DNA of 42,106 bases. It comes from Patescibacteria group bacterium (GTDB taxonomy: Bacteria > Patescibacteriota > 4484-211). The translations under genes and the position numbers were made by a program. Below, in pieces: positions 1-9,371 of this stretch (positions are counted from its first letter, which is position 1; every line of letters begins with the position of its first letter). The DNA lies in NCBI GenBank assembly GCA_018818265.1, contig JAHISN010000036.1:1-42106 (forward strand), in the 5' to 3' direction. The notes under the pieces were generated by a model, which searched no databases, was not told the origin of the DNA, and was given only the letters and a program-made list of their open reading frames with translations.

Positions 1-4
1 AGAC

Positions 5-40
5 TGATCCAATCTCGAAGTTGGATCAAATTATTTGCGC
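5..40 (+). terminator. Hairpin plus T-rich tail; possible terminator of an off-window upstream gene
   Basis: 8-bp stem tgatccaa (5-12) / ttggatca (21-28), followed by aattatttg. Confidence 0.3.
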
Positions 41-105
41 CCTGCTGTAGATTTCAGATATACTGAGGTATAGTAAGAACAGCCCACAATAGAGGTGTAT
101 AAAAA

Positions 106-675
106 ATGACACAAAACATTACTACAGTCAAAGTTCGCTATTCCCAAACTCTTACTTGGCCACTATTTTGCGTTTTATGTCTTAAACCGTCACCTGAGCA
201 AACGATGGACATGCATCGCGCAGATCAGAAACTGCAAGTACCGTATTGTCAAGAATGTTATGACAAAATAAATAGGCACTTGAATTGGGCATCGGGCCCC
301 CCTGTAGAAATTTCTGGGTGGCCTGCTCTCATTGTTGCAATTCTATACCTCATAAATAGAATCCACGAGGACGGGACGGTAACACTTCTAAACAAAAACA
401 CTTGGGGCGAGTTCGTTATCATCTTTTTCTTAGTTGTGGGCACCATCTGGGTAATACTAATCCCCATCAACATAATTCTAGAACCGCTGCTCTTAAAATT
501 TCTCCCTTCTAAATTTGCCCGATCTGCAGTTGAGGCGAATACTGCCCTACGTGAAAAGACTGTCTCACCCACTCCTGGAAGTCAAATAAAAGTCACAGAG
601 GGCGTTTTAGAAGAGATAGAATTTGCCAACGCTGAATACGCCAAGAAATTCCGCGAGGCTAATAACCTTGGGTAG
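106..675 (+). CDS. Hypothetical membrane protein with an N-terminal CxxC...CxxC zinc-ribbon-like motif
   Basis: 189-aa ORF. CVLC and CQEC pairs near the N-terminus. Two hydrophobic helices (WPALIVAILYLI, FVIIFFLVVGTIWVILIPINIIL). Confidence 0.55.
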   Translation: MTQNITTVKVRYSQTLTWPLFCVLCLKPSPEQTMDMHRADQKLQVPYCQECYDKINRHLNWASGPPVEISGWPALIVAILYLINRIHEDGTVTLLNKNTWGEFVIIFFLVVGTIWVILIPINIILEPLLLKFLPSKFARSAVEANTALREKTVSPTPGSQIKVTEGVLEEIEFANAEYAKKFREANNLG

Positions 676-718
676 CCAAGTCAGAACTGTTTTTCGCCTT
701 CATTTTTATACTGTCCCA

Positions 719-781
719 CCCGCCTAGGCTCGCCCGCCTAGACTACGCCGAAAGCGAGACTCGCGCTAGGCGAGGCTGGTT
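719..781. repeat. GC-rich intergenic element, module cccgcctagNctcgccc...gctaggcgaggctggtt
   Basis: Both ends match, in inverted orientation, the segment at 41417-41476. The 3' 17-mer gctaggcgaggctggtt is an exact match as a reverse complement. Contains internal small hairpins. Confidence 0.7.
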
Positions 782-876
782 TGTACAAATTCGAAATCGC
801 AAAAAATAGCAGAAACGATGCTGTGCGGGAAATTCTAATAACAGTCTACTAAAGCAATCTAAAAGGCAATAAACCC

Positions 877-1671
877 ATGCGCCCACCGGACTACGATTTA
901 GACAAAATTAAGTTTGCTACAGATAAACCTACGTTTGAAAAGGCAGTGGGATTATACGAGAACGGAAAAGTTACTCGAGTCGCGGAAAGATTTGGCGACT
1001 ATTCCGCGGTGGTACTGGGCACCAAGCCCTATCAAGTTTCAGTGGACACCCGCCGCTACGGTTACGGAAACTGTACCTGCTATCTTGGCCAGCATGACAC
1101 CTGGTGCAAGCATATGACAGCTTTAGCCATCCATGCGGTTATGAATGGCAAGCCGCTTACTGACGAAGACAAGAAACTGACACACAATCCGTCTTGCAGT
1201 GGTCAATTAGGAACTTTAAGCGATGAAGAGTTGCCTGTAGCAAAAAAATCCATCACCGCGGCTATTCGATATATTAAGCCCTACATTGGCCCATCCCGAA
1301 CCTGGTTTGCGTATCAAAACTCACTGGACGAAGGATGCAACCGTCTATCTGCCATTGTTGCCGAACTGCCGGTGAGCAAACAAACAGCGGACATTTTGGT
1401 CAAAATGCTCTTGCGGCTAGATAAGAAATTATCCTACAGCGGAGTAGATGATTCAAACGGCACCGTCGGAGGATTTATACAGGAAGTCGTCCAGATACTT
1501 GTCGAATACGCCCAGCTTGATAAGTCGTGCATTAAAGCCTTTAAGCCGCTCGCTGAGCTTGACGAAACAACCTGCTTTGGTTGGGAAGAGCCACTAGCGC
1601 AACTCTTTGAGGAAAGTGCTGATAAAATTGCATTCAACCATTCTAAAAACAATCCCTCGCATATTAGATAA
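877..1671 (+). CDS. SWIM zinc-finger domain protein
   Basis: 264-aa ORF with the CxCx(n)CxH signature in GNCTCYLGQHDTWCKHMTAL. Confidence 0.7.
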   Translation: MRPPDYDLDKIKFATDKPTFEKAVGLYENGKVTRVAERFGDYSAVVLGTKPYQVSVDTRRYGYGNCTCYLGQHDTWCKHMTALAIHAVMNGKPLTDEDKKLTHNPSCSGQLGTLSDEELPVAKKSITAAIRYIKPYIGPSRTWFAYQNSLDEGCNRLSAIVAELPVSKQTADILVKMLLRLDKKLSYSGVDDSNGTVGGFIQEVVQILVEYAQLDKSCIKAFKPLAELDETTCFGWEEPLAQLFEESADKIAFNHSKNNPSHIR

Positions 1672-1765
1672 GGAAAAACGACGACTAAGGAAACTAAAAG
1701 GCATTTGAAACAAAACCATCAATCTCGTTGTATTAGTACTGGTGTAACATTAGTATAATTAATTT

Positions 1766-2446
1766 ATGAATATTATTGATCTTAAAAGTATTAAAAAGGA
1801 TTACCGGAACAAAAAGAGGATTATTACCAGCGCTCTGCGCGGGTTAGATCTTCGCATTGAAGAGGGAGAGTTTGTCGCAATCATGGGGAGATCAGGTTCT
1901 GGTAAATCAACATTAATGAATATCATCGGGCTTCTTGATAGCGATTTTGAAGGAGAGTATTCATTCAAAAGTAAAAATGTAAAAAACTTGTCCGGAAACA
2001 AGCTTTCAGAACTACGAGGGAAAGAGATTGGATTTGTTTTTCAACAATTTAATTTGCTCAAAAAAACGGATGTTTTACATAATGTTCTTTTACCTACTGT
2101 TTACAGATCCAGTAGGGGTGATAATAAACGGGCAGAAAGTTTAATTGAAAAAGTTGGATTAAAAGATAAAATACACAATAAGAGCAACGAATTATCTGTT
2201 GGTCAAATTCAAAGAGTAGCAATTGCGAGGGCATTAATGATGGATCCTTCAGTTATTCTAGCCGATGAACCAACAGGGAATCTTGACACCAAGACTGCGG
2301 TGGAAGTTATGGATTTAATGATAGGGCTAAACAAAGAAGGTAAAACACTGGTAATTATTACTCATGAGGAAGACATTGCGGCTTATGCAAATAGAATTGT
2401 TCAGCTAAAAGATGGACAAATTGAGAAGGAGGGTAAAAAAAGATGA
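1766..2446 (+). CDS. ABC transporter ATP-binding protein (MacB/LolD/FtsE-like)
   Basis: Walker A GRSGSGKST, signature LSVGQIQRVAIARAL, Walker B ILADEPTGNLD, H-loop ITHE. ATGA overlap with the downstream permease. Confidence 0.95.
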   Translation: MNIIDLKSIKKDYRNKKRIITSALRGLDLRIEEGEFVAIMGRSGSGKSTLMNIIGLLDSDFEGEYSFKSKNVKNLSGNKLSELRGKEIGFVFQQFNLLKKTDVLHNVLLPTVYRSSRGDNKRAESLIEKVGLKDKIHNKSNELSVGQIQRVAIARALMMDPSVILADEPTGNLDTKTAVEVMDLMIGLNKEGKTLVIITHEEDIAAYANRIVQLKDGQIEKEGKKR

Positions 2447-3747
2447 AAATTTCAGCATTAATTGGACAAGCTTTTACAGCTATCTTTGCTAATAAAGTCA
2501 GGAGTTTTTTGACTGTTTTAGGTATTGTGATTGGAATTGGTTCGGTAATCGCTTTAATTTCTCTTGGTGATAGTGTAAGCAATACAATCGGTGAAAATTT
2601 TTCTTCTCTAGGCTCAGCAATGATTACTGTTAATTCCAAACCCGTGAAAGAAGACACCGATGCAATAGATGAAGAGACTGATCAGAATGAGGACCCCGGG
2701 ATAATGATGATGGGTAGAGATCATGGAGAAGAAAATGGTATGAGAGCGATGTTCATGGGTGTGGTCAGCGATCCAACTTTAACAGAGCAAGATTTCAATG
2801 ATATTCGCAACCTTGGGGAAGACAAAGTAACAGCAGTATCACCCGAAATTTCCAAAACTAGTGATGTTGCCTATAATGATCTAAGTAAAAGCTTAACTGT
2901 AACTGGTGTTGATATTGCCTATTTCCAAATAGAAGGATACGAGATTGCAGAGGGAGTATTATTTTCTAATGAAGATATAGCGGGCAAATCGAAAGTAGTT
3001 GTTCTTGCTAGTCAGTCCTACAATGATTTATTCGGTTCAGAGAATGCGATTGATGAGGTTATTACTATCGACGAAGAGGAATGTCGAGTAATTGGAGTTC
3101 TTAGTGAAAAGAAAGAGTCACAGTTTATTAATCCAAATGAGGCAATCTTACTTCCTTATTCCAGCGCTTTAGAATCTTTTGACCAGGAGATGTTTACTAC
3201 AATTAGCGTGGAAGCTGCTAATGAAGAAATCGTGTCGTCAGTTTGCAGTGAAATTGAAACATTATTACTGGCTAACCACGAAATCGCAGATACTGGGGAT
3301 GCCGATTTTACCATTATTTCTTCTCAGGATATACTGGACATGCAAGAGAGCACTATGGCAATTTTAACCGGAGTCTTTGCCGCGATTGCGGGTATTTCCC
3401 TGGTAGTGGGAGGCATTGGGATCATGAATATCATGTTAGTGTCAGTTACGGAGAGGACTAAAGAGATTGGCTTGAGAAAAGCAGTCGGAGCCAAAACTTA
3501 CCACATCTTGATACAATTTCTAACAGAATCGGTGATTTTAACTTTGGTTGGCGGATTGGTGGGAATAGGAATTGGCTATTTAATTAGTCTGATTGCCGCC
3601 CGAATGATTTCAATTACAACGGTGTTATCAATAGACGCGGTAGTCTTGGCTGTATCTATTTCCGGGGCGGTAGGAATTGTATTTGGACTTTATCCAGCTT
3701 GGAAAGCCGCGCGATTAGATCCGGTAGATGCCTTGCGGTATGAATAG
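2443..3747 (+). CDS. ABC transporter permease, FtsX/MacB family, with a large extracytoplasmic domain
   Basis: 434 aa. N-terminal TM, long soluble loop, C-terminal FtsX-like TM bundle ending in the typical ...AARLDPVDALRYE tail. Translationally coupled to the ATPase. Confidence 0.9.
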   Translation: MKISALIGQAFTAIFANKVRSFLTVLGIVIGIGSVIALISLGDSVSNTIGENFSSLGSAMITVNSKPVKEDTDAIDEETDQNEDPGIMMMGRDHGEENGMRAMFMGVVSDPTLTEQDFNDIRNLGEDKVTAVSPEISKTSDVAYNDLSKSLTVTGVDIAYFQIEGYEIAEGVLFSNEDIAGKSKVVVLASQSYNDLFGSENAIDEVITIDEEECRVIGVLSEKKESQFINPNEAILLPYSSALESFDQEMFTTISVEAANEEIVSSVCSEIETLLLANHEIADTGDADFTIISSQDILDMQESTMAILTGVFAAIAGISLVVGGIGIMNIMLVSVTERTKEIGLRKAVGAKTYHILIQFLTESVILTLVGGLVGIGIGYLISLIAARMISITTVLSIDAVVLAVSISGAVGIVFGLYPAWKAARLDPVDALRYE

Positions 3748-3896
3748 TGAAATTACTCCCACTACTCCCCTGCCCCCCTCAATTTCAAAAGGCACATACC
3801 CTTGAGCCAGCTCTTGGGGAAACGTTACAAAGTGCTGTAAAAGAAATCAATCCACATCACAGTTACGTACCAATCCATCTCCGAAGTAGAATTTGT

Positions 3897-5723
3897 CTAT
3901 ATCTTTTGGAATCTCTGGCGATCAGCTCTATTAAGAATCTTCTTTCTAAGACGAATACTTTGTGGTGTAATTTCCATCAACTCGTCAGATTCAATAAATT
4001 CAAAACTTTTCTCAAGTGTCATCTCGATTGGAGGCGTAAGCTGAACAATGCTATCCGACGCCTTGGCACGCATATTCGTGAGTTTTTTCCCCTTGCAGAC
4101 ATTAACGACAATATCTTCATTCCTTGTATTTTTCCCAACAATCATTCCTTCATAAACTTTTACTCCCGGACCGACAAAAGTTACTCCCCTTTCTTGAGCT
4201 ACATTCAATCCATATGCAACAGTATCGCCATCCTGGGAGGCAACAAGTACGCCAGCTCTTAATCTCCGAACCGGCTTTCCAACGGGCTGATAGTCAATAA
4301 CGTGTGAATTAAATATCACAGTTCCCTTAGTTTGCGTAACAAGAAGACTTCTCAAACCAATCAGGGCGCGAGTGGGCATGTGATATATAAATTCAACTTC
4401 CCGGTCGCTAATAGGTTCAGTATTTACTAGGACGGCATATCTCTTGCCCAATTCTTGATTGATTACACCTACGTGTTCCTTAGGGACAATAATGTCCAGC
4501 TCCTCAACTGGTTCATTTTTCACACCCCCAATCTCTCTTATAATCACCTCGGGTTTTTCCACTTCTAGCTCAAACCCATCCCGACGAAGTTCTTCCAGAA
4601 AGACTGTCAGGTGAAGTTCCCCTCTTCCTGACACGACAAATTTACTGTCGTCTCTCTTCTCCACACGCAAACTCAGATTCTTCTCTATCTCATGATTAAG
4701 TCTTCTTTCTATCTGGCGGCTCGTGAGAAATTCCCCCTCTCTACCGGAAAATGGAGATGTGTTAGGCCCAACAACTATATGCAAAGTGGGTTCGCTGATT
4801 TGCATAGAAAGAAGGGCGCCTGTCTCGCTTGGATCAGCTATCGTATCGCCAATTTTAACATCACCTAATCCAGCAATGGCAACAATATCCCCTGAACTCG
4901 CCTGTTCAACTTCCTTTCTGGAAAGACCCTCCGAAACAAAAACTTTTTCAACGGTATAACTGCTGTTTGGTTTATTGACAAGAGATACTTTCTGTCCTTT
5001 CTTTATTACTCCCTGATGGATTCGTCCGATTAATATTCTTCCCAAGTGATTATTATGATCAAATGAAGAAACAAGCATTTTAAATTTCTTATTGTCATTT
5101 GCCTCCGGTGGAGGGATAAAATTAAGTATTGTTTTAAGCAGTGGATTAACATCTGCGTCCACATTGAAATTATCCGGCAAATACTCAAAAACTTTTCCAC
5201 CCCTGCCAAAAGAGTATAGTATTGGGAAATCTAGCTGTTCTTCCGTCTTCGCGAGCTCCAGGAAAAGATTCTCCGTCTTTTTAATAACATACGGAATTCT
5301 TGCATATTGCTTGTCTATCTTATTAATAACAACAATAATCTTTAGGCCTAACTCGAGAGCCTTCCTAAGAACAAAACGCGTTTGCGGCATTGGCCCATCC
5401 TGCGCATCAATTATTAGTAGAGCCCCATTTGCCATACTAAGAGTACGTTCAACCTCGCCTGAGAAATCTACATGGCCTGGAGTATCAATGATATTTATTT
5501 TGGCGCCTTCAAAATTGATCGCACAGGTTTTGGCCGTAATAGTAATACCACGCTCTCTTTCTTGATCATTACTATCAAGAATACGATCCACGCCCATTTC
5601 CTCCTGATTCTCCCGAAATGTATGCGTTTGCTTGAGGAGAGCGTCAATCAGCGTGGTTTTGCCATGGTCCACGTGTGCAATGACAGCCACATTTCTTATC
5701 ATTTTTTCATCTAATGTTTTCAT
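3897..5723 (-). CDS. typA: Translational GTPase TypA/BipA
   Basis: 608 aa. G1 AHVDHGKTTL, G3 DTPGHVDF, G4 NKID, EF-G-like domain order. AAGGAGG Shine-Dalgarno upstream. Confidence 0.95.
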   Translation of the reverse strand: MKTLDEKMIRNVAVIAHVDHGKTTLIDALLKQTHTFRENQEEMGVDRILDSNDQERERGITITAKTCAINFEGAKINIIDTPGHVDFSGEVERTLSMANGALLIIDAQDGPMPQTRFVLRKALELGLKIIVVINKIDKQYARIPYVIKKTENLFLELAKTEEQLDFPILYSFGRGGKVFEYLPDNFNVDADVNPLLKTILNFIPPPEANDNKKFKMLVSSFDHNNHLGRILIGRIHQGVIKKGQKVSLVNKPNSSYTVEKVFVSEGLSRKEVEQASSGDIVAIAGLGDVKIGDTIADPSETGALLSMQISEPTLHIVVGPNTSPFSGREGEFLTSRQIERRLNHEIEKNLSLRVEKRDDSKFVVSGRGELHLTVFLEELRRDGFELEVEKPEVIIREIGGVKNEPVEELDIIVPKEHVGVINQELGKRYAVLVNTEPISDREVEFIYHMPTRALIGLRSLLVTQTKGTVIFNSHVIDYQPVGKPVRRLRAGVLVASQDGDTVAYGLNVAQERGVTFVGPGVKVYEGMIVGKNTRNEDIVVNVCKGKKLTNMRAKASDSIVQLTPPIEMTLEKSFEFIESDELMEITPQSIRLRKKILNRADRQRFQKI

Positions 5724-5905
5724 AAATAATAAAACCTCCTTTCACTTCAACCATAACCACTGATTATACTACTGATTCATGATAATAGCTAAAAAGACAA
5801 ACACATCTGCGCAAAAACATTGTCGGCGCTTCTATCAAATTCTTTAGCCTATCCCACTCAGATTCTCGGTGGGTAAATTAACAAAGCATGATATACTTCT
5901 AAGCA

Positions 5906-6634
5906 ATGAAATTATTGGTAAAAATCCTTCTAATTGGAATCGCAGTTATTCTACTCACCGTGGTTTTAATCCTTGGATACTATGGTTTTATGCCTGGCGT
6001 TTCCTCGCTTTTTGGTTCCAATAAACCACGCGACTTAAGTATTACCTACTCAACTAGCGACCTGTCATCCGCAAAAGACAAATCTAAAATAACCGAAGGG
6101 GTACTAACCGGTAACTTCACTCCAGCACAAAGTATCGAGTATTCTGGGCAGAACGAAGTTAGTTTACAGTTAACCTCAGCCGAACTGACCGCATCCCTTA
6201 ACGACCAATCGTGGAAGTATTTCCCCTTATCTAACTCACAAATCAAGTTTAATGATGACAATACTGTTGAATTTTCCGCCCTGCTCCTTAAAAACCGCCT
6301 GCCCGGCTATTTAGAAGCTATTGGCGCCACAGCCGACACTACCGCTCAAGTGCTGAAAAATCTCAAATATCTTCCGGCCAACCCGCCTATTTATCTTAAA
6401 TTCTTTGCCGAAGGCGAAAATAACACAGTTTCTAAGCTGACAATATATCAAGCCCAAGTCGGCCGCTTCACCGCCCCGAACAGCCTAATCGAACGGTATA
6501 CGGATGACTTTGCCCACCTGGTGGAAAAGCGCCTCTCTATCATCCCTAAGTTTGATATGAAAGAGGCCAAAGTGGAAAATAATATATTTAAATTCAACGG
6601 CACACTTTTTGAATCCTTCGCCACCGCGCGATAG
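5906..6634 (+). CDS. Hypothetical membrane-anchored exported protein
   Basis: 242-aa ORF with an N-terminal TM/signal anchor (LLVKILLIGIAVILLTVVLILGYYGF). I recognise no motif. Confidence 0.6.
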   Translation: MKLLVKILLIGIAVILLTVVLILGYYGFMPGVSSLFGSNKPRDLSITYSTSDLSSAKDKSKITEGVLTGNFTPAQSIEYSGQNEVSLQLTSAELTASLNDQSWKYFPLSNSQIKFNDDNTVEFSALLLKNRLPGYLEAIGATADTTAQVLKNLKYLPANPPIYLKFFAEGENNTVSKLTIYQAQVGRFTAPNSLIERYTDDFAHLVEKRLSIIPKFDMKEAKVENNIFKFNGTLFESFATAR

Positions 6635-6708
6635 TCCCCACGTCCAACAATAACCATACCGAGAATAGTTCTTAATTCATGTCTCCGATGAAAAATATAA
6701 TTAAAAAA

Positions 6709-6758
6709 CACCGTTTCTAGGATTTACCTTATCGTAAATAAAAAGAAACGGTGCTTTT
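6709..6758. terminator. Bidirectional intrinsic-terminator-like hairpin between convergent genes
   Basis: 10-bp stem caccgtttct / agaaacggtg. A-run upstream and T-run (cttttc) downstream. Confidence 0.5.
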
Positions 6759-6762
6759 CATC

Positions 6763-6948
6763 CTAAGGGGTAGAGGGGGAAAGCGGGTTTTCATCTCCGT
6801 AGGGACATCCTTCAAAATTAAGACAACTTTGGACTGTGTCCCCCTGTCCATTTTCTCCTCTAACCTTATCGCCTCCTGCTAGTGCCGCAGTAGCTGCAAA
6901 GCCGACAAGAAACATTGTTAGGAGTGATACTCCAATAATTTTTTTCAT
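6763..6948 (-). CDS. Small secreted Cys-containing peptide (61 aa)
   Basis: Signal peptide MKKIIGVSLLTMFLVGFAATAALA. Strong SD (gagggggtga) 7 nt upstream of the ATG. Confidence 0.6.
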   Translation of the reverse strand: MKKIIGVSLLTMFLVGFAATAALAGGDKVRGENGQGDTVQSCLNFEGCPYGDENPLSPSTP

Positions 6949-7089
6949 TTCTATTTCACCCCCTCTCCAAATATTCTTTACTGTCTACGTATACTAAATA
7001 AATAGTAGCCCCTGTTATTACACACCGTCAATACTGTATTCTGCTTTCTGCTCCAATCATATCTAGACATAAGGTATAATTGTCATAAT

Positions 7090-7269
7090 ATGAGAAAAAG
7101 AATAATCCGTATCGGAATTTTCATCATAATCACTATGGGCGTTCTGTTTGTTCTAAGATTTGTTGTCGGCGGCCCCGAAGATTCCTGGATATGTGTGGAT
7201 GAGCAATGGGTCAAGCATGGTTTTCCAAGTTATCCAAAGCCGGAAACGGGTTGTGAGGAACTCCATTGA
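7090..7269 (+). CDS. Small membrane-anchored protein, 59 aa (below the ORF-track cutoff)
   Basis: My own translation: MRKRIIRIGIFIIITMGVLFVLRFVVGGPEDSWICVDEQWVKHGFPSYPKPETGCEELH. TATAAT at 7075-7080, 9 nt upstream of the ATG. Confidence 0.5.
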   Translation: MRKRIIRIGIFIIITMGVLFVLRFVVGGPEDSWICVDEQWVKHGFPSYPKPETGCEELH

Positions 7270-7370
7270 CTCCCCTCCCCCGCAAATTCGGATATGTGTA
7301 AAGATTGAATCCACAGTACTAAGAGGAAGTTCAGAATGTAGATTTGAAAGTGTAGCGTGGGCCGACGTTG

Positions 7371-7399
7371 TTGAACTCTGGGATATTTTCTGCTATAAT
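7371..7399 (+). promoter_or_regulatory. Sigma70-type promoter TTGAAC-17-TATAAT
   Basis: -35 at 7371-7376, 17-nt spacer, -10 at 7394-7399. Followed by GAGGAGGG SD and the ATG at 7445. Confidence 0.65.
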
Positions 7400-7444
7400 G
7401 GCACAAACGCACGAATTAAACCTATAAAACTGAGGAGGGAAAGA

Positions 7445-7849
7445 ATGAGAAAGTTAGCAGTTCCTGCAGGCGTATTTGCGATTTTAGCAATCGTAACCAT
7501 AATCTTGTGTCCGATGAGTGACCCTTTGTGCTGGAACCACCCAGATGCTTGGGATACAGCCCGAGTGGAAGAAGTCTGGCAAGACTCAGGCAGTCCCACC
7601 GGTTGGTTTGCCTGGATTTCGATTATCCGGCACAACAAGAATAACGCCCCCGCAGATTATGACATTTGTTACCCCAACCGATGGGGTCAGTTCGTTTTCA
7701 AGAAGCAGGTCCAGATTACCGCCGAGGCTGCCAAAGCCTTCCAGCAAACAATAGGGCTTGGAGCCACTATCTTGGGCGTGCTTGGACTAGGCCTCTTACT
7801 ACTAATTTCCTCTTCGATCGCTAGGCGACGCGGCATCAGCCGCGCCTAG
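7445..7849 (+). CDS. Hypothetical membrane protein (N-terminal TM; C-terminal TM plus basic tail)
   Basis: Internal start of the 7160..7849 ORF, chosen because of the SD ctgaggaggg 5 nt upstream and the promoter at 7371-7399. C-terminus is GLGATILGVLGLGLLLLISSSIARRRGISRA. Confidence 0.65.
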   Translation: MRKLAVPAGVFAILAIVTIILCPMSDPLCWNHPDAWDTARVEEVWQDSGSPTGWFAWISIIRHNKNNAPADYDICYPNRWGQFVFKKQVQITAEAAKAFQQTIGLGATILGVLGLGLLLLISSSIARRRGISRA

Positions 7850-7878
7850 TCGCGGGGCAAAACACACAACAAAACCTA

Positions 7879-7913
7879 CGGCACGTGCCCCACAAGGCAC
7901 GTGCCGGTTTCTT
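7879..7913 (+). terminator. Rho-independent terminator
   Basis: cggcacgtgcc / ggcacgtgccg 11-bp GC stem with loop ccacaa, followed by gtttctt. Confidence 0.75.
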
Positions 7914-8151
7914 ATCCCCATTCTGAAACTTCAGGGCAGGCAAAGGTCAATTAATTACAGATTGCCACTTCTCTTGCCGAGAAGTTAGAGCCTAAATCAG
8001 TACAACAACTACACTAAAGACAGTACTTGTTTTCCCAGAGTAATTGCTACATAATCTTAGTGGGAAATAAACAGACATGCTCCGCCAAGGATAAAAATCA
8101 TGCCAGAAACATTGTTCGCACTCTTTTTGACTAATCAATAACAATCACATT

Positions 8152-8658
8152 ATGAACCACAAAGAACTGGTTGCAAAAATCAAGCCAGGTACAAAATTGA
8201 AAATCAAAGATGTTCCGTATACAGTAAGCCAGCACATCGTATGGATGCAGCACCGAGCTAATTATCCATATGATAAATGGGTCCTGGTTGATGAAAAAGG
8301 ATATGACGGATACAGATTGTTTATTGAAGCCAACGAGCCAGCCATGGGGTTTGCAAAAATATTTCATCACGAATTCCAGGAACCTATGCCAGACAAACTT
8401 AATTTTGAAGGGAAGGCGTACAAAAAGGTTTGGGATGAATTCTGCACGGTAGAAAGAGTTGAAGGTAACGGAATTTATAAAAAGGGCGATGGCGAAATCT
8501 GGTGGGATTATGTATCGGAAGATAACAAAAATGAGGGTTTAAGTTTAGGTAGAAGCTGGGAGACATGGGAAAGAGAGGATCTTAAAACACAGTGCTTAGA
8601 ACTAGGAGATGTGGAAATTACTGCTAAATCAGCATTACCTCAAAATATGCTATACTGA
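8152..8658 (+). CDS. Hypothetical protein (possibly DUF4178-like)
   Basis: 168-aa ORF with protein-like composition. The family guess rests on general resemblance only. Confidence 0.5.
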   Translation: MNHKELVAKIKPGTKLKIKDVPYTVSQHIVWMQHRANYPYDKWVLVDEKGYDGYRLFIEANEPAMGFAKIFHHEFQEPMPDKLNFEGKAYKKVWDEFCTVERVEGNGIYKKGDGEIWWDYVSEDNKNEGLSLGRSWETWEREDLKTQCLELGDVEITAKSALPQNMLY

Positions 8659-8697
8659 GATTCGTTAGGTGTTCATTGTGAACAACCATCAGTCCCC

Positions 8698-9369
8698 ATG
8701 AAAACAGCAATTATTTTTGGCCACACATCTGGATTAGGATTAGAAGTATCAAAAATATTCATAGAGAAAAATTGCAGTGTAATTGGACTCGCTCGATCCA
8801 AAAGTGCTCTGCAATCCGATTTACTAACTAACATCCAAGTAGATCTCTCCAAAGAGAAAGATATTGACAAAACGATCTCAACAATAAAGAAAGAGCACTG
8901 CTCATTCGATTACCTAATATATTGCTCGGGAACATTAACAGTACATAACATAGACAATATAAATTATTCTGATATGGAATACTTATACAAAGTTAATGTC
9001 TTTGCCCCAATGGTAATAGAATCGGCCCTGCTAAACCTAGTCAAAGAAAATAGTGCTGATGTAGTGAACATCACATCAAGCACACTAATTGACTATTATT
9101 CCGTGTTTTCGGAGTATGCTTCTTCAAAGTCTGCATTACAGAAATTCACCCAGGACCTGCAGAAAGAACTAGGCGGCACAGCGTCAAGGGCAATCGATTT
9201 TTGCCCCAGTGGATTCGCCAGCAATATATATAAAAGCATGACAGGGGACAAAATCAATAGGGATGAAACGGCCCAAATGCAAACGGCTGATGTTGCGGCT
9301 TTGCTGGTCAGTTTGCTTGAACTGCCTAAGAAGATAGAAATTTCACATATTTTGGTCAATTGCAAATGA
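8698..9369 (+). CDS. Short-chain dehydrogenase/reductase (SDR) family oxidoreductase
   Basis: N-terminal Rossmann motif IIFGHTSGLGLEV. Catalytic YxxxK as YASSK. 223 aa. Confidence 0.85.
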   Translation: MKTAIIFGHTSGLGLEVSKIFIEKNCSVIGLARSKSALQSDLLTNIQVDLSKEKDIDKTISTIKKEHCSFDYLIYCSGTLTVHNIDNINYSDMEYLYKVNVFAPMVIESALLNLVKENSADVVNITSSTLIDYYSVFSEYASSKSALQKFTQDLQKELGGTASRAIDFCPSGFASNIYKSMTGDKINRDETAQMQTADVAALLVSLLELPKKIEISHILVNCK

Positions 9370-9371
9370 CA

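Noticed and set aside
3747-4262. 171-aa plus-strand ORF following the ABC permease
   Set aside because: It lies largely antisense to the well-supported typA 3' end. Its composition is Leu/Ser/Ile-rich and low-complexity, and it has no SD. Treated as a shadow ORF.
7160-7444. N-terminal 95 codons of the 229-aa ORF 7160..7849
   Set aside because: They overlap the better-supported 59-aa ORF in another frame and contain the TTGAAC-17-TATAAT promoter. A strong SD precedes the internal ATG at 7445.
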